Assembly: GCF_000237865.1 (NCBI RefSeq) | Contig: NC_017459.1 | Coordinates: 780,001 to 812,000, forward strand | Direction of reading: 5' to 3' | Length of the DNA stretch: 32,000 bases | Origin: Haloquadratum walsbyi C23 | Lineage (GTDB): Archaea > Halobacteriota > Halobacteria > Halobacteriales > Haloferacaceae | Part shown: positions 17,755 through 26,410 of the stretch, piece by piece | Position numbering within the stretch: position 1 is the first letter of the stretch | Layout of the letters: each line of letters opens with the position of its first letter | The notes under the pieces: generated by a model | What the model saw: the letters and a program-made list of their open reading frames with translations, nothing else | The model's database searches: none | What the model was told of the DNA's origin: nothing | Position numbers and translations under genes: made by a program

Positions 17755-19430
17755 GTCTTGAAGAACCTGAACCAACTCAAAGTGCTGAGAAGACGGCTGA
17801 ACAATTACCAACAACGGGTGATGAGATTGAATCACTCCTCAGCGATGTCGTCATTGGTCGAGACGACCATTTGAACGCACCAGGGGTCATTATTCGCCCA
17901 GACGATGTACAGAAAACACTTCGTCGACTCCGCAATAAAGCCGGATTTGATCACCTCTCATGCGTGACAGCCGATGAGCGTATTGACCGATATGAGTCAA
18001 TTTATCATCTCACGAGTTATGACGACCGTACTCGTGAGCTAAGCGTTGTTGTTCCAACCACGAAAGATGACCCGGTCAGTGAATCAGCCGCGCCTGTCTT
18101 TCGAACTGCAGATTGGCATGAACGTGAAGCTTATGACCTCGTTGGCATTAATTATGAGGATCATCCAGATCTTCGTCGAATCCTCCTTCCGCAGACGTGG
18201 CAGGGACATCCGCTTTCGAACAACTATGATCAGGACCGACCACAGATAGTCACTCTCAAAGAATGGGAAAATCCTCTTGCAGATGACCATCGTGAAGAAG
18301 AGGGTGACACAATGTATGTTAATATCGGTCCGCATCACCCAGCTACACACGGTGTTCTTCATGTGAAGACTGTGCTTGATGGCGAACAAATTGCAGATAT
18401 CGACCCTGATATTGGCTATCTTCATCGATGTGAGGAACAGATCTGTGAAGCGAAAACATACCGTCATCAGATTATGCCGTATCCGGATCGCTGGGATTAC
18501 GCCTCATCTGGACTACTCAATGAGTGGGCGTACGCACGCGCTGCTGAGGATCTTAATGATCTCGAAGTCCCAGAATATGCACAGGTTATCCGAACAATGG
18601 GAGCTGAGATCTGTCGGATTGCTTCACATATGCTTGCGGTTGGGACCTTCGCATTAGATGTCTATGGAGACTTTACCGCAATCTTCATGTATGCCATGCG
18701 TGACCGGGAGAAAGCACAAAATATTCTTGAGGATCTCACCGGTCAGCGGATGATGTTTAATTACTTCCGACTTGGTGGCGTTGTCTGGGACCTCCCAGAA
18801 CCTCGTGATGAATTTTTCGAGACTATTCGTGACTTCTTAGAGGATCTTCCAACAGCACTTGAGGAGTATCACGATCTTATTTCCTCGAACGAGATTCTCC
18901 AAGTACGAACGATTGACACCGGTGTGCTCCCACCTGAAGAAGCAAAATCCTACGGTGCCACGGGACCGGTCGCTCGTGGGTCTGGTATTGACTACGATCT
19001 TCGTCGCGATGATCCATATGGGTACTATGACGAACTCGATTGGGACGTTGTGACCGAAGATGGCTGTGATAATTTCAGTCGACTTCTTGTCCGCCTTCGT
19101 GAGGTCGAGGAGTCTGCGAAGATTATTGAACAGTGTGTTGACATCCTTGAGGGGTGGCCCGAGGATGAGCGCACAATACAATCGAATGTCCCACGAACAC
19201 TCCGCCCTGATGATGATGCTGAGATCTATCGTGCTGTTGAGGGTGCAAAAGGTGAACTTGGTATCTATATCCGTGGCGATGGCACTGAAGAACCAGGGCG
19301 ATTCAAAATCCGGAGTCCATGCTTTTCAAACCTGCAGACACTTCCGGAGATGTCAAGTGGTGAGTATATCCCAGATATGGTTGCTTCACTTGGCAGTCTT
19401 GATATCGTTCTTGGTGAGGTGGACCGCTAA
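17751..19430 (+). CDS. nuoCD: Complex I fused subunit C/D
   Basis: NuoC-like N-terminal half (WHEREAYDLVGI) fused to a NuoD half (NIGPHHPATHGVLH...). ATGA overlap with nuoB. Confidence 0.93.
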   Translation: MSLEEPEPTQSAEKTAEQLPTTGDEIESLLSDVVIGRDDHLNAPGVIIRPDDVQKTLRRLRNKAGFDHLSCVTADERIDRYESIYHLTSYDDRTRELSVVVPTTKDDPVSESAAPVFRTADWHEREAYDLVGINYEDHPDLRRILLPQTWQGHPLSNNYDQDRPQIVTLKEWENPLADDHREEEGDTMYVNIGPHHPATHGVLHVKTVLDGEQIADIDPDIGYLHRCEEQICEAKTYRHQIMPYPDRWDYASSGLLNEWAYARAAEDLNDLEVPEYAQVIRTMGAEICRIASHMLAVGTFALDVYGDFTAIFMYAMRDREKAQNILEDLTGQRMMFNYFRLGGVVWDLPEPRDEFFETIRDFLEDLPTALEEYHDLISSNEILQVRTIDTGVLPPEEAKSYGATGPVARGSGIDYDLRRDDPYGYYDELDWDVVTEDGCDNFSRLLVRLREVEESAKIIEQCVDILEGWPEDERTIQSNVPRTLRPDDDAEIYRAVEGAKGELGIYIRGDGTEEPGRFKIRSPCFSNLQTLPEMSSGEYIPDMVASLGSLDIVLGEVDR

Positions 19431-20491
19431 TGCCGGCGCTATTGCAGTCGAAAACGCTGCTTCCTGAAACGATTGCAAACCTACTCGGTCTCTCAGGAAC
19501 CCTTGGTGCAATTATTGGTGGGTTGATTGGTGCATTCGTAATTGCTAATCTCTTATTGGTCCAGACGGCTGTTGCAGGACCGTGGGCAAAGCGAAAGATT
19601 ACAGCTGCGTTCACAGATCGGATTGCGGTCAATCGCATTGGTCCGTTCGGCTTACTCGTCATCGTTGCTGATGCCGTTCGATTGTTATCAAAGGAACTTG
19701 TCATTCCTGAGGGTGTTGACCGCCCAGCGTGGGATCTTGGACCACTTGTTATCCCATTTTCAGCGTTGCTTGGATTTGCTGTAATTCCAATGGGAAGCGG
19801 CATTCAGTTGGCTGATCCCGAAACTGGAATTGTGTTTGCATTCGCAGCGGGTTCGATTGCATCGGTTGGACTTATTATGATGGGATATAGTTCAAATAAT
19901 AAGTTCTCACTACTCGGCGGACTCCGCGCAATTGCGTCGAATATTGCCTATGAGATTCCACTTGTTATCACCGGGGCTTCAGTTATCTTATTTACCGGTA
20001 CACTGCAGACAAGTGCAATTGTTGCACAGCAGAGTGAACCACTCATATCAATTGCTGGTGTAACAATCCCACAGTGGTTTGCATTCGTGAATCCATTCGC
20101 ATTTGTTTTATTTGTGATTGCAAATCTCGCAGAAGTCGGTCGAAACCCATTTGACATTCCTGAGGCACCAACGGAGATTGTTGCGGGATATCAAACCGAG
20201 TACTCATCAGTATACTTTGTATTGATTTACCTTGGTGAATTTATTCATATTTTCCTTGGTGGTGCCATCGCGGCGACGTTATTCCTCGGTGGTCCTGCCG
20301 GTCCGGTTCTCCCGGGATTCATCTGGTTTACAATCAAAATCTGGTTGTTTTATCTCTTCACACAGTGGGTTCGATCGGCGATCCCACGACTTCGTGTTGA
20401 TCAATTTCTTGATGTCGGTTGGAAGGGGATGCTTGTCCTCTCGTTCGCAAATCTGGCACTCACGGCCATTATCGTGGGAGTGATAGCATGA
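19430..20491 (+). CDS. nuoH: Complex I subunit H
   Basis: 353-aa polytopic protein with NuoH/ND1-type motifs (AEVGRNPFDIPEAPTEIVAGYQTEYS). TAATG overlap with nuoCD. Confidence 0.93.
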   Translation: MPALLQSKTLLPETIANLLGLSGTLGAIIGGLIGAFVIANLLLVQTAVAGPWAKRKITAAFTDRIAVNRIGPFGLLVIVADAVRLLSKELVIPEGVDRPAWDLGPLVIPFSALLGFAVIPMGSGIQLADPETGIVFAFAAGSIASVGLIMMGYSSNNKFSLLGGLRAIASNIAYEIPLVITGASVILFTGTLQTSAIVAQQSEPLISIAGVTIPQWFAFVNPFAFVLFVIANLAEVGRNPFDIPEAPTEIVAGYQTEYSSVYFVLIYLGEFIHIFLGGAIAATLFLGGPAGPVLPGFIWFTIKIWLFYLFTQWVRSAIPRLRVDQFLDVGWKGMLVLSFANLALTAIIVGVIA

Positions 20492-20949
20492 TTGGACTGC
20501 TCAAATCAATGGCGACAACGATGAAGCATGCATTGGACGGAGAAACATTCACGGTTGAATATCCTGACGTCGCTCCAGAGGTCAGCCCTCGTTTCCGCGG
20601 GGTTCATAAATTCAGTCAAGAGCGCTGTATCTGGTGTCGACAATGTGAAAAAGTCTGCCCAAATGATACAATACAGATTGTACAGGATGATAAACGAAAT
20701 GGCGAGCAGTATAATCTGCATATCGGACAGTGTATTTATTGTCGATTATGTGAGGAGGTCTGCCCCGTCGATGCAATCTTGTTGACACAGAATTTTGAGT
20801 TTACTGCAGATACAAAAGATGAGTTCGTCTACAATATGGAGCAACTCAAAAATGTTCCATGGTACAAGGATATCGATCCACTCAATTCCCGTGAACCAGA
20901 CCGTGGTGGGTGGATTGATGAGGGAGCAGGTGAAGTCGATTATCAGTAA
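20488..20949 (+). CDS. nuoI: Complex I subunit I (2x[4Fe-4S] ferredoxin-type)
   Basis: Two cluster motifs, CIWCRQCEKVCP and CIYCRLCEEVCP. ATG 20488 overlaps the nuoH stop (ATGA). Confidence 0.93.
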   Translation: MIGLLKSMATTMKHALDGETFTVEYPDVAPEVSPRFRGVHKFSQERCIWCRQCEKVCPNDTIQIVQDDKRNGEQYNLHIGQCIYCRLCEEVCPVDAILLTQNFEFTADTKDEFVYNMEQLKNVPWYKDIDPLNSREPDRGGWIDEGAGEVDYQ

Positions 20950-20982
20950 TCACATTATGCGATCTCAATAGCTATCTCAGTA

Positions 20983-20998
20983 TTCTCTTCTTTTTCTT
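20983..20998 (+). terminator. T-rich tract (TTCTCTTCTTTTTCTT) about 35 nt after the nuoI stop
   Basis: Read directly; contains a T5 run. Archaeal termination typically uses oligo-T. Confidence 0.35.
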
Positions 20999-21079
20999 GA
21001 TTCCGCTTTAGATGAACTGTAATGTCTAATAATATTTTACTTCATATCGCGATTGCAATATAACAAACGAACTGAGTTA

Positions 21080-21829
21080 TCAGTTTGCAGGCGCTAAGCC
21101 CCTGTGCTTAAGAAGCAAGTCATAGGCGAGCGAGGAGGCTGGGGATACGGTGCCGTCATCACTCAACCATTCACATGTATAGTCTGCATCCGTGAGAAAC
21201 TTGACGACAAAATCGAACAGCGGTCGCTCTCCCGAGAGCAACATGGCTCGAACAACTGGGAGAAACAACGGCTGAACGTAGCCGAGTGCCATCAGCGAAT
21301 CAGGCGGAAGCGCCACGACTTCTTGCACAAGCTCTCGAATTACTACGCTACCAAGTACGACTTAGTGGCTGTCGAGGACTTGATTGTAAAGTCGATGCTA
21401 GAGTCGGCTGGCAACAGTCAGAACACAGCCTCAGCGGCGTGGGACACGTTCACCACGATGCTCGAATACAAGTGCAAGCGAGAGGGCACGCACTTTGTTG
21501 AGGTCGAGCCAGCGGGTACGATTAAAGAGTGCGCGTCGTGTGGCGTTGAATCAGACAAACCGAGTGGGTGCGCGAACACTCATGCCCTGCCTGCGGGTTC
21601 GAGATGGATAGAAATGCGAATTCCGCAATCAACATTTTGTCGCGTGGTTTTGAGAAACGAGGACTGGGACAGTTCGGAGACACGACGCCTGTGGAGACTG
21701 CGCTCCCTATATTCACTTCATCGAACGCTTCCGACGTCGTGGATGTACAGCGCGTCGTGGAAACAGGAAGCCCCACCCTCACAGAAGCCACGTTAGCGGC
21801 TGGGTAGGGTGGGGTGTGGGGTAGTTCAC
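21080..21829 (+). mobile_element. Relic of an IS200/IS605-family, IS1341-type (tnpB-only) element: 5'-truncated, right end retained
   Basis: Visibly GC-richer than the AT-rich flanks. Encodes the C-terminal half of TnpB. Ends with GTAGGGTGGGG-TGTGGGG-TAGTTCAC, closely matching the end of the second relic at 28323..28341. Confidence 0.8.
21104..21807 (+). pseudogene. tnpB: tnpB (IS1341-type RNA-guided nuclease) pseudogene: N-terminal half missing, frameshift near 21562
   Basis: Frame 1 reads ...LSREQHGSNNWEKQR...RIRRKRHDFLHKLSNYYATKYDLVAVEDL...WDTFTTMLEYKCKREGTHFVEVEPAGT.KECASCGVESDKP. Frame 2 (from ~21565) continues WVREHSCPACGFEMDRNANSAINILSRGFEKRGLGQFGDTTPVETALP...VVETGSPTLTEATLAAG*. RuvC-II (E in AVEDL), the Zn ribbon (CxxC..CxxC) and RuvC-III (D in DRNAN) are visible. 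The RuvC-I and WED/REC regions are absent. Confidence 0.85.
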
Positions 21830-21860
21830 ACGATATGGCATGCTACCTTCACACATAGGT

Positions 21861-21870
21861 ATATAAATAG
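21861..21870 (+). promoter_or_regulatory. Candidate TATA box (TATATAAATA) for an internal nuoJ1-N promoter
   Basis: Only strong TATA-like string between the relic end (21829) and the nuoJ1 ATG (21943). A GGAG lies about 10 nt before the ATG. Unlike other genes here, this would give a ~50-nt leader. Confidence 0.3.
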
Positions 21871-21942
21871 AATATATTTTCTGCCATTACTCGCGAGACC
21901 TTCTCGAAATCTTCAAAAGGATACCTCAAGGAGACACGTACA

Positions 21943-22203
21943 ATGGTTTATGAGACAATCGCATTTGTGCTGTTTGCGCTTGTAACAGTCGGATGCAGTT
22001 TAGGCGTCGTTCTCATGCAGGATGTGTGGCATTCCGCACTCTTGCTTGGGGGGGCGTTATTGAGCGTTGCAGTGCACTATGTAATGTTGCAAGCAGAGTT
22101 CCTCGCTGTGATGCAAATTCTTGTGTATGTTGGCGGGGTATTGATTCTTGTTACATTTGCTGTAATGCTGACCCGAACACAACCGGAGGGAAGTAACATA
22201 TGA
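21943..22203 (+). CDS. nuoJ1: Complex I subunit J, N-terminal part
   Basis: 86-aa hydrophobic protein with NuoJ/ND6-like helices (AEFLAVMQILVYVGGVLILVTFAVML). Confidence 0.85.
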   Translation: MVYETIAFVLFALVTVGCSLGVVLMQDVWHSALLLGGALLSVAVHYVMLQAEFLAVMQILVYVGGVLILVTFAVMLTRTQPEGSNI

Positions 22204-22559
22204 CAACACGGCCAAAACTCAAACTTGGATCGCACCTGCTTCCAGGGCTAGCTGCCATTGGACTGTTCATTGTGATGACTGCAGCATTCCTGTCTGCATC
22301 GTTCCCACAACCGCAGGGATTCCCTGCAGATGCAAATATTACTGCAAGCATCGGCTATGCAATGTTCAATCTCAACCTGGGTGATGTTGCCGGCGAGAGC
22401 TTCCTTGCTGCATTTATTATTATTGCTCTTACGCTTGATGTTGCACTTGATGGATCAATCCATCTTGCACGTCGTGAGTACTCTGACTCGGACACGTCAG
22501 TCATTACAGATGGTGGACGAAAGCTCAAAAATCATGTTTTTAATGAAGGTGATGATTAA
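22200..22559 (+). CDS. nuoJ2: Complex I subunit J, C-terminal part
   Basis: 119-aa membrane protein. ATGA overlap with nuoJ1 and TAATG overlap with nuoK. A split nuoJ is the usual haloarchaeal arrangement as far as I recall. Confidence 0.8.
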   Translation: MTTRPKLKLGSHLLPGLAAIGLFIVMTAAFLSASFPQPQGFPADANITASIGYAMFNLNLGDVAGESFLAAFIIIALTLDVALDGSIHLARREYSDSDTSVITDGGRKLKNHVFNEGDD

Positions 22560-22861
22560 TGCTTACACCACAGTATTATCTTGTTCTCTCCGCAGCAGTA
22601 TTTTGTACCGGATTATTCGGTATTCTGACGCGGCGGAACGCACTCTTATTTTTGATGTCTGTTGAATTGATGTTAAATGCCGCAAATATCAATCTCATTG
22701 CGTTCTCATATTTATGGGGTAATATTACTGGACAGACTTTTGGACTCTTTGTCATGGCGCTTGCCGCAGCAGAGGTCGCTATTGGTATTGGTATCATCCT
22801 CGTATTATATCGCAACTTCGATAACGTCGACGTTACCGACGCTACAACAATGAGGTGGTAA
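22559..22861 (+). CDS. nuoK: Complex I subunit K
   Basis: 100-aa 3-TM protein with a NuoK/ND4L pattern (LMSVELMLNAANINLIAF...AAAEVAIGIGI). Confidence 0.92.
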   Translation: MLTPQYYLVLSAAVFCTGLFGILTRRNALLFLMSVELMLNAANINLIAFSYLWGNITGQTFGLFVMALAAAEVAIGIGIILVLYRNFDNVDVTDATTMRW

Positions 22862-22862
22862 T

Positions 22863-24887
22863 ATGGTTGGAATATTTGATCTCGCGCCAGTAATCATCCT
22901 CCTGCCGTTTATTTCATTCCTCACGGCGCTTGCTATCGGAAATCGACTTCCAAAAGGCGGAGCGCTCACCGGAATTACCGCAACCGGTGGGTCATTACTA
23001 ATCGCAATCGCGACCGGAGTCGCCGTTTCTGGAGGACGTGTCTATACTGCAACAATCTATACATGGGCTAGCGGTCTTGATGTGGTTAATCTAACCTTTG
23101 GTGTTCTCATCGACCCGCTCTCGGCAATGATGTTGGTCATTGTTACGCTTGTCTCATTCCTTGTTCATATATTCAGTCTTGGATACATGAATGACGAAGG
23201 CGAAGTCGGACTCCCACGATATTATGCCGGACTTGGACTTTTCTCTGCATCAATGCTCGGCTTTGTCGTTGCTGATAACCTACTAATGGCATTTATGTTC
23301 TTTGAGCTCGTCGGGCTCTGCTCATATCTCCTTATCGGGTTTTGGTTTCGTGAACCAGGTCCGCCAAGCGCAGCAAAAAAGGCATTTCTTGTCACGCGAT
23401 TTGGAGACTACTTCTTTCTTGTTGGTGTGGTTGCTGTCTTTGCGACATTTGGAACGGCTGCATTTTCTGGCAGCGGGTCATTCCCGGCACTTGCAGAGGC
23501 AGCATTGCTTGGGGAGGCTGCTGAGTCTGTTCGGACATTCGGATTTGAACCACAGTTATGGTTCACAATTATCGGACTGTTGATCCTCGGCGGTGTCGTT
23601 GGGAAATCAGCACAATTCCCACTTCATACGTGGCTTCCAGATGCAATGGAGGGTCCAACACCCGTTTCAGCTCTCATTCATGCTGCGACAATGGTGGCCG
23701 CCGGTGTGTATCTCGTTGCACGGATGTATGGCTTCTACGCGCTTTCACCGACAGCACTTGCCGTAATTGCATTCTTTGGCGGATTCACAGCGCTTGTTGC
23801 TGCGACCATGGGTGTCGTCAAGCGTGAGATAAAACAGGTGCTTGCATACTCAACAATCTCACAATATGGCTATATTATGCTTGGTCTCGGTGGTGGTGGC
23901 TATGTTGCCGCAACATTCCATCTGATGACACATGCATTTTTCAAAGCGCTGTTATTCCTTGGTGCAGGATCAGTCATTATTGCAATGCATCATACCGAGG
24001 ATATGTGGGAAATGGGTGGGCTGAAGAAGAAACTCCCAGTCACATATTATACTTTTGTCACTGGGTCACTCGCACTCGCTGGAATTATTCCTTTTGCTGG
24101 GTTTTGGTCGAAAGATGAGGTCCTTTATGAAACATTATTACATGGACTTGATGGAAACACAATCCTCCTTGCTGCGTATGCAATGGGACTCATCGCCGTG
24201 TTCTTCACTGGTTTCTATACCTTCCGGATGGTATTTCTGACCTTCCACGGTAACCCTCGATCGGAGACCGCTCGTGAACCAGAAAACGTCGGAATGAATA
24301 TTAAGATTCCACTTACCATTCTTGGAATCCTCGCCGCAACAACTGGCTTTCTCAATATGACACCTGTTGCGAAACTAACTGGATTACATATTGAGTTCTT
24401 ACATAAATGGCTTGAGCATGGATTTACTGGTCTCACTGTTGAACACTATGGTGAACTTTTACACGATGTTGCTGGATACGGTGCAACTGGGATTGAATTA
24501 AGCCCAATCCTCCCTGGTGCGGTATCACTTGGATTGGCGCTTGCTGGATTCTTACTGGCATATCAACTATATAATGTCCCTGAGCCGGTCGCTCATACTG
24601 ACCGCCTTGGTAGTCTCAAAACAATGGTATACAATAATTATTATCAGGACGAATATCAGGTCTGGATTGCAACAGGCTTCACACAACCGCTTGCTCGTGT
24701 TGCGAGCAAACTTGATCAAGGCGTCATTGACGGAGTCGTCAATGGCGTTTCTGGTGTAAGCTTATTTGCTGGTAGCCGAGTCAGACGGATTCAAACAGGT
24801 ATTGTCAGCAATTATGCAGCATTACTGACGCTTGGACTCACGGCACTGCTTGTTGGGCTTGGGCTCATGGGAGGGTGGTTTGTATGA
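22863..24887 (+). CDS. nuoL: Complex I subunit L (antiporter-like)
   Basis: 674-aa polytopic protein with Mrp/ND5-type motifs (GKSAQFPLHTWLPDAMEGPTPVSALIHAATMV). Confidence 0.93.
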   Translation: MVGIFDLAPVIILLPFISFLTALAIGNRLPKGGALTGITATGGSLLIAIATGVAVSGGRVYTATIYTWASGLDVVNLTFGVLIDPLSAMMLVIVTLVSFLVHIFSLGYMNDEGEVGLPRYYAGLGLFSASMLGFVVADNLLMAFMFFELVGLCSYLLIGFWFREPGPPSAAKKAFLVTRFGDYFFLVGVVAVFATFGTAAFSGSGSFPALAEAALLGEAAESVRTFGFEPQLWFTIIGLLILGGVVGKSAQFPLHTWLPDAMEGPTPVSALIHAATMVAAGVYLVARMYGFYALSPTALAVIAFFGGFTALVAATMGVVKREIKQVLAYSTISQYGYIMLGLGGGGYVAATFHLMTHAFFKALLFLGAGSVIIAMHHTEDMWEMGGLKKKLPVTYYTFVTGSLALAGIIPFAGFWSKDEVLYETLLHGLDGNTILLAAYAMGLIAVFFTGFYTFRMVFLTFHGNPRSETAREPENVGMNIKIPLTILGILAATTGFLNMTPVAKLTGLHIEFLHKWLEHGFTGLTVEHYGELLHDVAGYGATGIELSPILPGAVSLGLALAGFLLAYQLYNVPEPVAHTDRLGSLKTMVYNNYYQDEYQVWIATGFTQPLARVASKLDQGVIDGVVNGVSGVSLFAGSRVRRIQTGIVSNYAALLTLGLTALLVGLGLMGGWFV

Positions 24888-26410
24888 TTATTGAACTACT
24901 CATTGCATTCACGTTTATTGCTGCACTGACCATCTTTGCCGTTCCAAACAGAGTTGCGGGTCGACTTGCTGCAATTGCAAGTGCGATTCCAATTCTTGGA
25001 AGCCTCTGGATGTGGGCACAATATGACGCGACCGGGAACGCTCTTCTTGGTGGGTCAATTGCATATGAGACGGATGTTATTTGGCTGACGCTTGGTGGGC
25101 TTGAACTCCACTGGTTCGTTGGTGTCGATGGAATCAGTCTTCCACTTGTTGTTCTCACAACTATCCTGACGATGCTTGCGATTGTCAGTGCATGGACACC
25201 AATTGACGAGCGACAATCCCAATTTTATGGACTGATGTTATTTATGGAGGCAAATCTTCTTGGTGTATTTACGGCGCTTGATTTCTTTGTTTGGTTTATT
25301 TTCTGGGAGGCTGTTTTGGTCCCGATGTACTTCCTTATCGGGGTCTGGGGAGGTCCGAATCGTCGATATGCGGCGATCAAGTTCTTTGTATATACGAATA
25401 TTGCCTCACTCGCGATGTTTATTGGATTCATCGCATTGGTGTTTGGACTTGGTTCATCAGTCTCATCAATGCGACTTCCCGAAATCACACAGGCTCTTCG
25501 TGCGGGAAGTCTCACTTCATTCGGGGGGATTGATGCTGCGACGCTCAAACTTGTTGCCTTCATTGCAATGTTTGTTGGGTTTGCTGTCAAAGTACCAGTC
25601 GCGCCATTACACACATGGTTACCAGACGCTCATGTTGAAGCCCCAACCCCAGTGTCTGTGATGCTCGCGGGCGTTCTTCTCAAAATGGGCACCTATGCAC
25701 TGCTTCGATATAACTTTACGATGATGCCTGATGTGGCAATCGATCTCGTTATTCCAATTGCGAGTATTGCTGTCATTAGCGTTATTTATGGTGCATTACT
25801 TGCACTTGCACAGCAAGATCTCAAACGTATCATTGCATATTCGTCAGTGTCATCGATGGGTTACGTAATCCTTGGACTTATTGCATACACAACATATGGC
25901 GTTGGTGGCGCAACATTCCAGATGGTGGCTCACGGACTTATCTCTGGATTGATGTTCATGTCTGTTGGAGTGATTTACAATATAACCCATACCCGTATGG
26001 TCGGCGATATGTCCGGTATTGCGGACCGTATGCCAGTCACTGCTGGCATTTTCATCGCAGGTGCATTTGGATATATGGGACTTCCGTTGATGGCTGGCTT
26101 CGCTGGTGAGTTCTTTATATTTAAAGGCGCATTCGCTTCAACAGTTCATACTGCAATGCCATTATTTACCGCAGCGGCGATGTTTGGGATTGTGATTGTT
26201 GCAGGATATCTCCTCTTTGCGATGCAACGAACACTCTTTGGACCATTTTCATTTGATGGTGAATATGAGATCACAACTGCTGCGATGCATGATATTGCGC
26301 CTCTTGCAGTGTTATTAGCTCTTGTTATTGCATTAGGCGTTGCACCTGACTTATTCTTCGGGATGATTCAAGAGGCAGTTACACCAATCCTCACGGGAGG
26401 TGGCGTCTAA
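24884..26410 (+). CDS. nuoM: Complex I subunit M (antiporter-like)
   Basis: ND4-type motif VKVPVAPLHTWLPDAHVEAPTPVSVMLAGVLLK. I use ATG 24884 (ATGA overlap with the nuoL stop) rather than GTG 24875. Confidence 0.93.
   Translation: MIIELLIAFTFIAALTIFAVPNRVAGRLAAIASAIPILGSLWMWAQYDATGNALLGGSIAYETDVIWLTLGGLELHWFVGVDGISLPLVVLTTILTMLAIVSAWTPIDERQSQFYGLMLFMEANLLGVFTALDFFVWFIFWEAVLVPMYFLIGVWGGPNRRYAAIKFFVYTNIASLAMFIGFIALVFGLGSSVSSMRLPEITQALRAGSLTSFGGIDAATLKLVAFIAMFVGFAVKVPVAPLHTWLPDAHVEAPTPVSVMLAGVLLKMGTYALLRYNFTMMPDVAIDLVIPIASIAVISVIYGALLALAQQDLKRIIAYSSVSSMGYVILGLIAYTTYGVGGATFQMVAHGLISGLMFMSVGVIYNITHTRMVGDMSGIADRMPVTAGIFIAGAFGYMGLPLMAGFAGEFFIFKGAFASTVHTAMPLFTAAAMFGIVIVAGYLLFAMQRTLFGPFSFDGEYEITTAAMHDIAPLAVLLALVIALGVAPDLFFGMIQEAVTPILTGGGV

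Noticed and set aside
21080-21328. 82-aa minus-strand ORF within the tnpB relic
   Set aside because: It is antisense to clearly recognisable TnpB-coding frames. It has no motifs, and its start lies in degraded DNA.
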